From: a virus | Lineage: Duplodnaviria > Heunggongvirae > Uroviricota > Caudoviricetes | Length of the DNA: 64,000 bases | Strand: one strand, 5' to 3' | Virus record (IMG/VR): IMGVR_UViG_3300042890_003920 | Shown: piece by piece, positions 28,462-37,699 of the stretch | Layout of the letters: each line of letters opens with the position of its first letter | Numbering within the stretch: the first letter of the stretch is position 1 | Translations under genes and position numbers: made by a program | Notes under the pieces: model-generated | Told to the model about the DNA's origin: nothing | What the model saw: the letters and a program-made list of their open reading frames with translations, nothing else | Database searches by the model: none

Positions 28462-28813
28462 TTAGTCTAGAGGCAGTAGCATAATTTGTTGCTAAAGGTA
28501 TATCATAAACATTACATAGTCTCATAAGCATGTGAATATCTACTGAATGTGGATGTGAAAACATTGGATCTATAAAGAATAGAACCATATCAATTTTACC
28601 TTCTACGATAAGAGTCGCGATTTGTGCGTCTCCACCTAATGGTCCCGACTTCAAACATTCGACTTCTAAACCACCTGCGTGTATGATATGTGAACCGGTT
28701 GTACCGGTTGCGAATAATTTTACATCTTTTTGTTTAAAGAATTTTAATCGTTTCATAACGAAAGCGACCATATCGGCTTTCTTATTATCGTGTGCAATGA
28801 TTGCTATGTTCAT
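28442..28813 (-). CDS. mgsA: methylglyoxal synthase
   Basis: IAIIAHD.KK…LFATGTTG…LKSGPLGGD.QI..LI.EGKID…FF.DP…PH..D…L.RLC.V..IP.ATN signature; -7 box TAACTTTG at 28834..28841. Confidence 0.8.
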   Translation of the reverse strand: MNIAIIAHDNKKADMVAFVMKRLKFFKQKDVKLFATGTTGSHIIHAGGLEVECLKSGPLGGDAQIATLIVEGKIDMVLFFIDPMFSHPHSVDIHMLMRLCNVYDIPLATNYATASRLIEHEKI

Positions 28814-28833
28814 ATTATATCTTTTTATTTATA

Positions 28834-28841
28834 CAAAGTTA
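28834..28841 (-). promoter_or_regulatory. sigmaA-type -7 box TAACTTTG upstream of mgsA operon
   Basis: about 15 nt upstream of ATG. Confidence 0.45.
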
Positions 28842-28861
28842 CGTATAAAGATTTATATAAC

Positions 28862-29182
28862 CTAATATAAATCTTCCGAGTATAAAGTCGTCTTTAACTC
28901 TTCAGTCTGACCTGCCATAAAAGCTATTTGACCTGCTTCTTTTCTATCAACAAATCTATTAGTATTGGTTAAGAACCCTTGTTCGTATTCACCAACACCA
29001 TCAACCGCGTTTGTGACACTTCTTAGTCCAGTTAAAGAAGCCATAGTCCACATACATTGACCGTGACGATGGCCTAGAACAACTAAGCCTTTATCACAGT
29101 TTTTTGGTAGAACTTGAGGTATTTCTTTCTTTAAAGGGATTTCTTTGTACCAGATAGCGGCACATAGTATGTACTCTTTCAT
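28862..29182 (-). CDS. hypothetical protein
   Basis: ORF 106 aa. Confidence 0.5.
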   Translation of the reverse strand: MKEYILCAAIWYKEIPLKKEIPQVLPKNCDKGLVVLGHRHGQCMWTMASLTGLRSVTNAVDGVGEYEQGFLTNTNRFVDRKEAGQIAFMAGQTEELKTTLYSEDLY

Positions 29183-29757
29183 TAAGCTATATTTAATTCG
29201 TTAAGTTTCATTTCTCTTAGAACTTCTAAGTTTATTGATAATGGTTCATTCTTTGAAGCATATCTTTTATTATGTTTAATAAGATACTCTTCAATTGTTA
29301 TTTCATTATCTCCCATATCACTAGGGGATATACCATAAGGAATTACTAGTTTATCACCTAACATGTATGAACTAATATAATTCATTTTAAGGTCCCAATC
29401 TTTTATCATGGTGTAAACCTTTTGGTAGTTAAGAAAAGCATTGAATAGTACTTCCCATTTAGAGACTAATTCTTTTTTAATAATACGCTGGGCTATATCA
29501 TCTGTTATAGGATAAACTTTATAAGCAAAAACTTGATTATCATATTTAGATGAATAGTGTCTAGGTGTATTTATGATGTCGTGTTCAAAGTAGTAGTATT
29601 GGTTACCTTGTTTAGTTAAACCATCTCTTATATGGTCGGAAGATCTTGGATAATCTTCGTGTTTTACAAAAGCGATAGCCGTTTCATCGGTGATTACATC
29701 GATGAAAGGTTCGCATTTAGTTAAGGTTTTTATGGATTTATCTCTTATTACTATCAT
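29182..29757 (-). CDS. hypothetical protein with tail EVLREMKLNELNIA (start probably at MKMIVIRD)
   Basis: ORF; N-terminal extension would overlap upstream gene. Confidence 0.45.
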   Translation of the reverse strand: MIVIRDKSIKTLTKCEPFIDVITDETAIAFVKHEDYPRSSDHIRDGLTKQGNQYYYFEHDIINTPRHYSSKYDNQVFAYKVYPITDDIAQRIIKKELVSKWEVLFNAFLNYQKVYTMIKDWDLKMNYISSYMLGDKLVIPYGISPSDMGDNEITIEEYLIKHNKRYASKNEPLSINLEVLREMKLNELNIA

Positions 29758-29941
29758 TTTCATATTTTTTTCTACCCACACATTTTGTTTTTTCTTTTGT
29801 GTCCCATAGGTCACCTCGTTTATCTTGAGGTATCATATGACAATTATGTGCTTTATCATATTTCTTTGAGTGTTCGATAATCATATCATTGAATTTATTT
29901 CTAACAACCCACGGACATTCTTTACAGGGAGTCTTACACAT
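29738..29941 (-). CDS. small Cys/His-rich (zinc-binding-like) protein
   Basis: CKTPCKEC…HNCHM…C pattern. Confidence 0.45.
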   Translation of the reverse strand: MCKTPCKECPWVVRNKFNDMIIEHSKKYDKAHNCHMIPQDKRGDLWDTKEKTKCVGRKKYENDSNKR

Positions 29942-30033
29942 TATTTACGTTTGATTAAAGATAAAAGGTCTGATAAAATTGGTACAACTAAAAAACATAT
30001 AATTAGTGCGATACCTGCGGCTGAGTCTGTCAT
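29941..30033 (-). CDS. 30-aa hydrophobic peptide MTDSAAGIALIICFLVVPILSDLLSLIKRK
   Basis: -7 box TATCTTTG (30048..30055) about 8 nt upstream of its ATG; TAATG overlap with next gene. Confidence 0.4.
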   Translation of the reverse strand: MTDSAAGIALIICFLVVPILSDLLSLIKRK

Positions 30034-30094
30034 ATAATTTCTTTTCACAAAGATAGTAAAAATAATTATAAAATAAAAATATGTATTGACTAAC

Positions 30095-30805
30095 TTAGGT
30101 ATTATTATTGATAATAAATTTAGAGCATTCTAATAAAAAATTCATATCCCAAATACTTTTAAACATATTTATACTATGCCATACTAATTGAATATTATCT
30201 AACTCATAAGTTCCTCCATTCTTTTTGGGATTTATTCTATCTATTGATGGTAATTTTGGACTTCCATTTTTTAATTCAAAGTCCTGTCCAGTTATTGCAC
30301 ATTTATAATTTTGTTTTTCTAGGACAGACATTAAATCATTTATGGAAAAATAATCCTTTCTATTTCTTTTATTCATTAGTGATTGGAAATATTTTTCAAA
30401 TGAAGAGTATCTATTTAGGTTCAAATTATATTTATTCAAATAGTAATAATCTTTTTTCTGATCTAATGCACAATCAGTACAATATTTATGTCCCCATTTA
30501 AAGGATGATTCTAGTTTATATTCCTCACATCGATAACATAGAAAATCTCCATTTAAACACTTTAACTCTTTTAAAACTCTTTTATTTTTATTTCTGACAA
30601 TCTCTATTCCTTTTTCGACAACTTGGTCTATAGCATCAAATGCGTCATTCCAACTTGGGAAAAATGCAACATGTTTTCCGTCGAATACTAACTGATAAGG
30701 ATTTTTTGAATATTGTTTACAGTTTGCTATTGTAAGTTTACTAATACCTAAATCTTTTTTCTTTTGAAAAAGTATTTTAGTTTCGTTTGTCCATTTCTTT
30801 CCCAT
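30095..30805 (-). CDS. HNH-family homing-endonuclease-like protein
   Basis: C-terminal …SIDRINPKKNGGTYELDNIQLVWHSINMFK HNH-type motif plus Cys-rich N-terminal half. Confidence 0.55.
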   Translation of the reverse strand: MGKKWTNETKILFQKKKDLGISKLTIANCKQYSKNPYQLVFDGKHVAFFPSWNDAFDAIDQVVEKGIEIVRNKNKRVLKELKCLNGDFLCYRCEEYKLESSFKWGHKYCTDCALDQKKDYYYLNKYNLNLNRYSSFEKYFQSLMNKRNRKDYFSINDLMSVLEKQNYKCAITGQDFELKNGSPKLPSIDRINPKKNGGTYELDNIQLVWHSINMFKSIWDMNFLLECSKFIINNNT

Positions 30806-30886
30806 ATATATTGTTTTTAATTTTATATATTATTTCTCACAATACCTATACTGATTTTTATTGAAAAAAAAATTTATATATACTTA

Positions 30887-31471
30887 ATGAAACATTTGAA
30901 AACATTTGATGAGATTACCGAATCTTATAATAAACCAAGAGCTGGTGGTAAGAAACGCTGGTCGGTCAAATATAAGAAGTCAATAAATTGCTCTAATGCA
31001 AAGGGGTTTTCTCAAAAGCAGTATTGTAAGAGGAAAAGAAAAGGTGGTTCTTATAAGAATGAGTCTGTTGAATCTGTGATGGGTGGTTTAATTCAAAAAG
31101 TTGGTAAGGTTATTGAAGGTGTTGATGAATTGTGTGAACAACATTTAGTTTACTTACAGGATGATGGGTTTAAATATTTCATTGATATAAATGAAGATCT
31201 AAACAGTGATTTATATAATCAAGGTGATGTTATCTTTATTTTAGAGAGAAATCGAGAAGAATTTTCTTGGGATCAGGTCAAGGATAGGTTTATACCATTT
31301 TTGATTATGTTGAAAAGGGATTTCAAACCGTTATCAGATATTGAATTCGCTTTGGGTACTAACTGGAGGTATGCGACTAATAATGAGAAGTTTGAAATAA
31401 ATCTTCTTATAAATGATGCTATTGATTCGTATAGTAACATAGTAGAAATAATTATAAAGATAAACGTATAA
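30887..31471 (+). CDS. family-A protein with basic insert (MKHLKTFDEI … CEQHLVYLQDDG … FSWDQVKDRFIPFL)
   Basis: family motifs; atatatactta motif upstream. Confidence 0.6.
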   Translation: MKHLKTFDEITESYNKPRAGGKKRWSVKYKKSINCSNAKGFSQKQYCKRKRKGGSYKNESVESVMGGLIQKVGKVIEGVDELCEQHLVYLQDDGFKYFIDINEDLNSDLYNQGDVIFILERNREEFSWDQVKDRFIPFLIMLKRDFKPLSDIEFALGTNWRYATNNEKFEINLLINDAIDSYSNIVEIIIKINV

Positions 31472-31472
31472 T

Positions 31473-31982
31473 TTATATATCTAATTTTACTTGATTTTTC
31501 TTTACCTTTATAATAACACCAATACTTATCAAATCTGGATCTGGTGTCCACTTATAATATATATGATCCTTCCAATAACCTTCTGAATCAAATACATCAT
31601 CATTAATGACTCTGGCATAACTGAAATTTTTACTAACATTTACAAATGAATAATCGTTCTTTTGACGGTATCTAAATCTAACACTTGGTTCACGTGAATC
31701 TACATCACCATCGAAAAAAGTACCTATATCATATCTATTAGATAATAATTGTAAGAAAGGAATATAATAATCCTTTACATCATCCCATTTAAAAAACTCT
31801 CTACCATTATTCTTTGCTAAAAAAATACCAAACTGTCCCGTAGTTGCCCTTGCACGTGGATCGTCACCGCCCCTAATAGTAACGTTGAAGCTCTCATCCA
31901 TTAGATAAGCTAATGATGATTCACAGAAGTCTTGTAGGTCTTCTTGGGTTACTCCCTCGTTAAATCTTTTCAAATGTTTCAT
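31473..31982 (-). CDS. family-A protein (MKHLKRFNEG…DFCESSLAYLMDES)
   Basis: family motifs. Confidence 0.65.
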   Translation of the reverse strand: MKHLKRFNEGVTQEDLQDFCESSLAYLMDESFNVTIRGGDDPRARATTGQFGIFLAKNNGREFFKWDDVKDYYIPFLQLLSNRYDIGTFFDGDVDSREPSVRFRYRQKNDYSFVNVSKNFSYARVINDDVFDSEGYWKDHIYYKWTPDPDLISIGVIIKVKKNQVKLDI

Positions 31983-32374
31983 TTTAGAAAGAATACTATT
32001 TTTTCGACAATCTTTTCTTGTGGAAGATTTTCTAATTCATCATATGAAAGATAAAGTTCTTTGCTATAATTACCCACAAAATTTCGATTTGAAACTTGTA
32101 CTATAATGAATTTATCAGAACCATCTTCTAAACTATTTATTTCATAAACATTATTAAATCTATGTAAGAATGGTATAATCTGATCTTTGATTTCTGACCA
32201 CGGTCTACCGTGTCCATTAGATTGGTAAAGGTATAGTGTAACAAATAAATCTGATCGGTCATTATCAATTCTAACTTCTAATCCTTCATCCATTAGATAA
32301 GCTAGATGGGTTTCACAATAATCTTTTAGATCATATTCGTTTATACTTTCATTAAATCTTTTCAAATATCTCAT
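31979..32374 (-). CDS. family-A protein (MRYLKRFNES…DYCETHLAYLMDEG)
   Basis: family motifs. Confidence 0.65.
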   Translation of the reverse strand: MRYLKRFNESINEYDLKDYCETHLAYLMDEGLEVRIDNDRSDLFVTLYLYQSNGHGRPWSEIKDQIIPFLHRFNNVYEINSLEDGSDKFIIVQVSNRNFVGNYSKELYLSYDELENLPQEKIVEKIVFFLK

Positions 32375-32438
32375 AAACTATATATAAATAAAAGTGATTT
32401 AATTTTTTAATATATACATTATAAAAATAATATACATT

Positions 32439-32648
32439 ATGAAAAACTTACTAATCTTTGAAGACTTTAAAGAGGTTCTTATTGTAGAGAAAAATGTGCC
32501 GACAAATTCTGAATTGTGGAATACTTGTAAAGCTTGGGCTAAGTCGAAGTATGATGTATGGCCATCTGCGTATGCTTGTGGTGCTGCTGCAAAAAGATAT
32601 AAGGCTAAAGGTGGTAAGTGGAAAAAAGCTAAAAAGAAAAAGAAATAA
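32439..32648 (+). CDS. small protein with Lys-rich tail (MKNLLIFEDF…KKAKKKKK)
   Basis: two tandem copies of taatatatacattat motif upstream. Confidence 0.5.
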   Translation: MKNLLIFEDFKEVLIVEKNVPTNSELWNTCKAWAKSKYDVWPSAYACGAAAKRYKAKGGKWKKAKKKKK

Positions 32649-32941
32649 TGGAACATATATTATTATTTGAACAATTTATTTTAGAGGAAAAGAAAACTAA
32701 AGGTGGTTTAGACAAATGGTTTAAAGAAAAATGGGTAGATATATCTAAAACCAATGCTGATGGTTCACACCCACCTTGTGGTCGTGATGATGCTGACAAA
32801 GGTGGTTATCCAAAATGTAGAAAGGTTAGAGTTGCTGCAAGGATGTCTGCAAAAGAGAAAAAAGCATCTGTTGCAAGAAAGAGAAAAGTAGAGAAAACCG
32901 GTTCGAAAGGTGAAGGTAGAAAACCAAACTATGCAAAATAA
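32648..32941 (+). CDS. small protein with basic tail (MEHILLFEQF…)
   Basis: paralogous N-terminus to previous; ATGA-type coupling. Confidence 0.5.
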   Translation: MEHILLFEQFILEEKKTKGGLDKWFKEKWVDISKTNADGSHPPCGRDDADKGGYPKCRKVRVAARMSAKEKKASVARKRKVEKTGSKGEGRKPNYAK

Positions 32942-33024
32942 TACAAAAGTGATATAATATTTTATATCACTTTTTTTATACATTATATTTATCAACAAAG
33001 TTATACTCAAATTATATAACGTGT

Positions 33025-34128
33025 ATGAATAAATTAGATAAACAATACACAGACTTGCTACTAGACATTTTACATAATGGTCAAGCAAAAGGTGATAGAA
33101 CCGGTACAGGAACAATCTCAGTATTCGGTAGACAGATCAGACATGATATGAAGGATGGTTTTCCTTTACTAACAACCAAAAAGATGCCATTCAAAACAAT
33201 CGTAACAGAATTGTTATGGTTTTTAAATGGTGATACTAATATAAAGTATCTAGTTGATAATGGTTGTAACATTTGGAATGGTGATGCTTATAAAAACTAT
33301 GTCACAAAATTCAAAGAGTATTGGAGTGGAAAAGGATATGATGTACCTACAATGGAAACCTTCGTCGATAGAATTAAGAATCAACAAGGATTTTCTGAAG
33401 AGAATGGTCAGCTAGGTCCAATTTACGGAGCTCAGTGGAGATCTTGGAGAGTTGGTAAGGGAATTGAAACTACATTAAAAACTGAAGATGGTGAATCTAT
33501 ATATGAGGCAGGTTCAATGTATATTGACCAAATTGCAAACCTAATCAAAGATTTAAAAACAAATCCAGATTCTAGACGATTGATGGTTTCTGCTTGGAAT
33601 GTGGGAGAATTGGAGAATATGGTTTTACCACCTTGTCATTATGGATTTCAAGTTTATACCAGAGAGTTAGATGCAGAGACTAGATATAACATCTGGTTTA
33701 ATAACAATTATGAAACAGGTATGGAAAGATTCTTTGATCCTAACAAACTACCTGATTATGATAATACATATTATATACCGACACCTACCAGAGCAATCTC
33801 ACTTATGTGGAATCAACGTTCAGTAGATACATTCTTAGGATTGCCATTTAATATAGCTTCTTATGCTCTTTTATTAGAGATTATTGCAAGAGAAGTGAAT
33901 ATGGTGCCGGATCAATTGATTGGAAATTTAGGTGATGTTCATTTATATTCTAATCATATTGAACAAGCTAAGGAACAGATTGCGAGAAAAGGATTGGATT
34001 TACCTAGTATAATTATAAATAAAGTTATGAAGAAAGCAGATGATTCATTACCTTTATACAATATAACTGACTTTAAATTAAATGATTATAAGTCACACGA
34101 AACAATTAAAGCAAAATTAAGTAATTAA
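33025..34128 (+). CDS. thyA: thymidylate synthase (ThyA, long 367-aa form)
   Basis: DRTGTGT…, LPPCHY.FQ.Y, …FLGLPFNIASYALL…, two insertions relative to 264-aa enzymes. Confidence 0.85.
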   Translation: MNKLDKQYTDLLLDILHNGQAKGDRTGTGTISVFGRQIRHDMKDGFPLLTTKKMPFKTIVTELLWFLNGDTNIKYLVDNGCNIWNGDAYKNYVTKFKEYWSGKGYDVPTMETFVDRIKNQQGFSEENGQLGPIYGAQWRSWRVGKGIETTLKTEDGESIYEAGSMYIDQIANLIKDLKTNPDSRRLMVSAWNVGELENMVLPPCHYGFQVYTRELDAETRYNIWFNNNYETGMERFFDPNKLPDYDNTYYIPTPTRAISLMWNQRSVDTFLGLPFNIASYALLLEIIAREVNMVPDQLIGNLGDVHLYSNHIEQAKEQIARKGLDLPSIIINKVMKKADDSLPLYNITDFKLNDYKSHETIKAKLSN

Positions 34129-34131
34129 GAT

Positions 34132-34671
34132 ATGGCAAACATTATGACAACTTATGTTAAGGTAGGTAACCTTAATGAAGAAACCCACAAAAGATTTGTG
34201 GATCTATTTGAAGATACAGAGGATTTACTATCACACTTCAATAAAATATATTCTACTGAATTTTCAGACTATGATGAATTAGATAGAGATTGGATGGTAG
34301 AAAACATTGGATCTAAATGGATATCTATAGAATGTGACGACGATTTATCTTATAATGATAGTATGGATTTAGTTTTAGAAACAGCTTGGTCAGTACCAAC
34401 TGAATACCTTCAAAAGGTGGTTGAATTTATTGGTGATGATGTTGTTGTATATGGAACTTATGAGGATGAATCTTATGATCCAATCGGTGCATTCGTATAT
34501 GCAGTTGATTATGATGATATTGAGGATTATGAAGAGGTTGAATTAGAGCGTATTCATGAAGATGATGATTATATGGAATCGATGTATGATGAATTATACC
34601 AACTTCGTGATTCTTTATATGAATCATATCTTGAAGTAATTTATGAGAGAGCAAACGAAGAACAAATATGA
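34132..34671 (+). CDS. highly acidic hypothetical protein
   Basis: ORF 179 aa. Confidence 0.5.
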   Translation: MANIMTTYVKVGNLNEETHKRFVDLFEDTEDLLSHFNKIYSTEFSDYDELDRDWMVENIGSKWISIECDDDLSYNDSMDLVLETAWSVPTEYLQKVVEFIGDDVVVYGTYEDESYDPIGAFVYAVDYDDIEDYEEVELERIHEDDDYMESMYDELYQLRDSLYESYLEVIYERANEEQI

Positions 34672-35171
34672 AAAGAATACTAACAACACTTTTACTAATA
34701 GTTTCAATAGTATGTACCGCTCAAACACCAGTAACTCTCGTATTTGACAATGGTATGACTGTGGTAAATGGATTTGTAGATGATGGTGTTCAGATTATTC
34801 TACCACCGAAATATAACTTCTTTATGTATGGTGAGAGAAACATTATGGGTATTGAACAGTTTGATTCGATTGAACAATATAGATTAGTTGAGAAGGAGTT
34901 TCGGTATATGTATCAAGCTAGATTATATGGAGATACAGAAGTATCGATAGAGATTCAAGATCATCCAATGTTTGAATATTGTACTGTGATTTACTTCTTT
35001 TATGAGTCTGGCATGTCTACTAATGGTATAACAAATATGTGGACTTCGATGGGTAATGGGGATCATCATATTATTATAACGACTTATGAAGGTATTTACT
35101 ATAAAGCTTTTATAAGAATAAAAGATGGATGTTTGGTAGAACAAAGAGAGTTACCGATATATCATGAGTAA
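34668..35171 (+). CDS. secreted hypothetical protein (signal peptide)
   Basis: MKRILTTLLLIVSIVCTAQ. Confidence 0.5.
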   Translation: MKRILTTLLLIVSIVCTAQTPVTLVFDNGMTVVNGFVDDGVQIILPPKYNFFMYGERNIMGIEQFDSIEQYRLVEKEFRYMYQARLYGDTEVSIEIQDHPMFEYCTVIYFFYESGMSTNGITNMWTSMGNGDHHIIITTYEGIYYKAFIRIKDGCLVEQRELPIYHE

Positions 35172-35536
35172 TTATATTTGTAGTGTTGATTTAGTAACTG
35201 ATAATCCAACGGTTATTATTACGTCAACACCTTATGGAAGTAATTGGTCAAGTTTTATAGGCTTCCATTTCAAATTAAGACGTATAGAAAAGATTAGACG
35301 AATTTTCAATGGGTAAAAATAAATGGAGAAATATATTTCGAGCTAGATTAAGAAAGCATAAAATTAGAAGGATATTCTCTATGGGAATACCTGAATACTG
35401 GCAAAATATTTAAAAGAAATGTATCAAAAAACATCAGGAAAATGGAATCCAATTACTAGACATAGTATATTACGATCAAATGTAAGAAAGATTAAGATAA
35501 TGAATATCTTTATGAATATAAAAAAATAAAAAATAA

Positions 35537-35965
35537 ATGAAAAAGGAAATACAATTAAGATCAATACTAGATGATGAAGGTCATTTAGCTAGTCCACAAT
35601 TACCATCTGATATTAAAAATTATCTAATAGATATTGATGGTACTATTACAGATGATGTACCTAATGAAGAGCATGAACGTATGTCAGTAGTTATACCTTA
35701 CTCTGATTCTGTAGAAACATTAAATAGATGGTATGATGAAGGACATGTTATCACATTCTTTACTTCTAGAACAGAAGAGCATAGAGACATAACTGAGGCT
35801 TGGTTAAACAAGTGGGGTTATAAGTATCATGGATTACTAATGAATAAACCAAGAGGTGGTAACTATCATTGGGTAGATAATCATATTGTAAAGGGAACTA
35901 GATACGAGGGTGTTTGGAGTGATCTTGTTAGAGAAGAAAGAACGATAGAAGTTTTCCCATCATAA
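35537..35965 (+). CDS. HAD-superfamily phosphatase-like protein
   Basis: motif I DIDGTIT. Confidence 0.45.
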   Translation: MKKEIQLRSILDDEGHLASPQLPSDIKNYLIDIDGTITDDVPNEEHERMSVVIPYSDSVETLNRWYDEGHVITFFTSRTEEHRDITEAWLNKWGYKYHGLLMNKPRGGNYHWVDNHIVKGTRYEGVWSDLVREERTIEVFPS

Positions 35966-35995
35966 GTAATTAAACAATTAAAAATAATAATAAAT

Positions 35996-36325
35996 ATGAA
36001 AAAACATTTTAGAGCGACTGAATATTTTACTATTTACGCAGCAACAGAACCAATTGAATTAGACAGTGATTTATTCCCAGAGTTTGAGGGAACAACTGAA
36101 CAGGAATTTTTTGACTACATATCAGAGAATTATAATGACTTAGCAGAGGATGAATCTTTACCAGAAGAAGTAAGAAATTCTCTTTGGACACTTATTGAAG
36201 GTGAGAAGTTTGATTACTTTAATTCATCATATAAAGGTTATGAAGGTGATATTCAAATGGGTAAACCAAATGAAACTTGGCATAAGACTGGTGGATTTGA
36301 AGTTGAACTTACAACTGGATACTAA
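35996..36325 (+). CDS. acidic family-C protein (ATEYFT.Y…EPIEL)
   Basis: paralog of 39783..40043 and 40046..40339. Confidence 0.5.
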   Translation: MKKHFRATEYFTIYAATEPIELDSDLFPEFEGTTEQEFFDYISENYNDLAEDESLPEEVRNSLWTLIEGEKFDYFNSSYKGYEGDIQMGKPNETWHKTGGFEVELTTGY

Positions 36326-36583
36326 TTGAATCTCGACAATATACAAAAGGTTATCTGTATAAAAAATACACGTGAGATTGATGGTGAGATATTTGTAGAA
36401 AATAGATTACAGGTTGGTAAGATATATGATATGCAACGTATTTTATATACTGATGATAACTCCTGGGACTTATGGAATTGTTATATACATGATGGAGAGG
36501 TTTTTATAGTACCTTTAGATTTTTTTGAGTATTTAGAACAGTGGAGAGATAAACAATTAAATATTTTATTAAATAGCAAATGA
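36326..36583 (+). CDS. family-B small protein (…LEQWRDKQLNILLNSK)
   Basis: tail motif. Confidence 0.55.
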   Translation: MNLDNIQKVICIKNTREIDGEIFVENRLQVGKIYDMQRILYTDDNSWDLWNCYIHDGEVFIVPLDFFEYLEQWRDKQLNILLNSK

Positions 36584-36789
36584 GAAAAATAATAACATTA
36601 CTTGCCATTTTACTTCTTTTTAGTTGTAAAACAGCAGAAGAAAGAATATACAAACATAGTTATACTGATTCTTGGTATTATACAGACAGCGGAGAAAGAT
36701 ACCAAGTATACCAAACTTCTATGGGTAATAAGTATATTTTAGTTATAAACAAGAAACAAACAAAAACTATTAGAAAATACATAAAATGA
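36580..36789 (+). CDS. lipoprotein (MRKIITLLAILLLFSCK)
   Basis: signal peptide with lipobox. Confidence 0.5.
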   Translation: MRKIITLLAILLLFSCKTAEERIYKHSYTDSWYYTDSGERYQVYQTSMGNKYILVINKKQTKTIRKYIK

Positions 36790-36940
36790 GTAACCCGGCA
36801 AGACAAATTCGTAAGAGATTTAGTGATGAAGTAATCAGTAAGTTATTAGAATTGAAATGGTGGGATAAAACTGAGTCTGAGATAAATGATATATCTGATA
36901 TTCTTTGCTCTGATGATATACAAAAATTAAATAAATTATA

Positions 36941-37522
36941 ATGAAAAGAACAGATATTATAAATAAACTTGTTGTAAAATATAACTACAAATCATATTTA
37001 GAGGTTGGTACTCAAGATCCATCATCTAACTTTGATCTAATAAATATAGAACATAAGGTTTCTATTGACCCATTTCCTAGAGGTGCAGTTACTTTTGTTG
37101 GAACATCTGATGAATATTTTGATTCAATTACTAAGGATGTAAAGTATGATATTATTTTTATTGATGGTTTACATCATTCAGAACAAGTATTAAAAGATAT
37201 TGAAAATTCATTAAATCATTTATCTGATAATGGAACAATTGTTTGTCATGATTGTTTACCAACAACTGAAAAGATGCAATATAGAGAAGATCACGGTGAA
37301 GAATGGACTGGTGATGTTTGGAAAGCAATTGCCGAATTAAGAGTTGTACGAACTGATTTAGATATAAAGGTAGTAGATAGTGATTATGGTTGTGGTATAA
37401 TTAGAAGAGGTACTAATATACCATATCAAACATCTGAGGATTATAAAACATATTCTCACTTTTCATTAAATAGAAATCATTTAATGAATGTTATCTCAAC
37501 CAATGATTTATTAAAAATATGA
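36941..37522 (+). CDS. putative SAM-dependent methyltransferase (TylF/CmcI-like fold)
   Basis: …YLEVGTQDP…IIFIDGLHHSEQ…DNGTIVCHD…. Confidence 0.4.
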   Translation: MKRTDIINKLVVKYNYKSYLEVGTQDPSSNFDLINIEHKVSIDPFPRGAVTFVGTSDEYFDSITKDVKYDIIFIDGLHHSEQVLKDIENSLNHLSDNGTIVCHDCLPTTEKMQYREDHGEEWTGDVWKAIAELRVVRTDLDIKVVDSDYGCGIIRRGTNIPYQTSEDYKTYSHFSLNRNHLMNVISTNDLLKI

Positions 37523-37699
37523 TAAAATTTGATTTAGACTTAGGACAGAAAGATTGGACTGAAAAAGATTGGATAGAACTTGATTCACGTATGAGAGCTA
37601 TCCGAAGAATGATGAAGATAAAAGATATATTTGAACATGACTGATTAAAATTTAATAGAAGATTCTAAATTTTTAGAGTCTTTTTTTTATATATAAGTA

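Noticed and set aside
32765-33272. Minus-strand ORFs 32765..33115 and 33081..33272, and a minus-strand TAACTTTG box at 32996..33003
   Set aside because: The ORFs overlap the thyA start and the basic-protein gene and give hydrophobic low-complexity translations. The box has no credible downstream gene. It might be antisense transcription at most.
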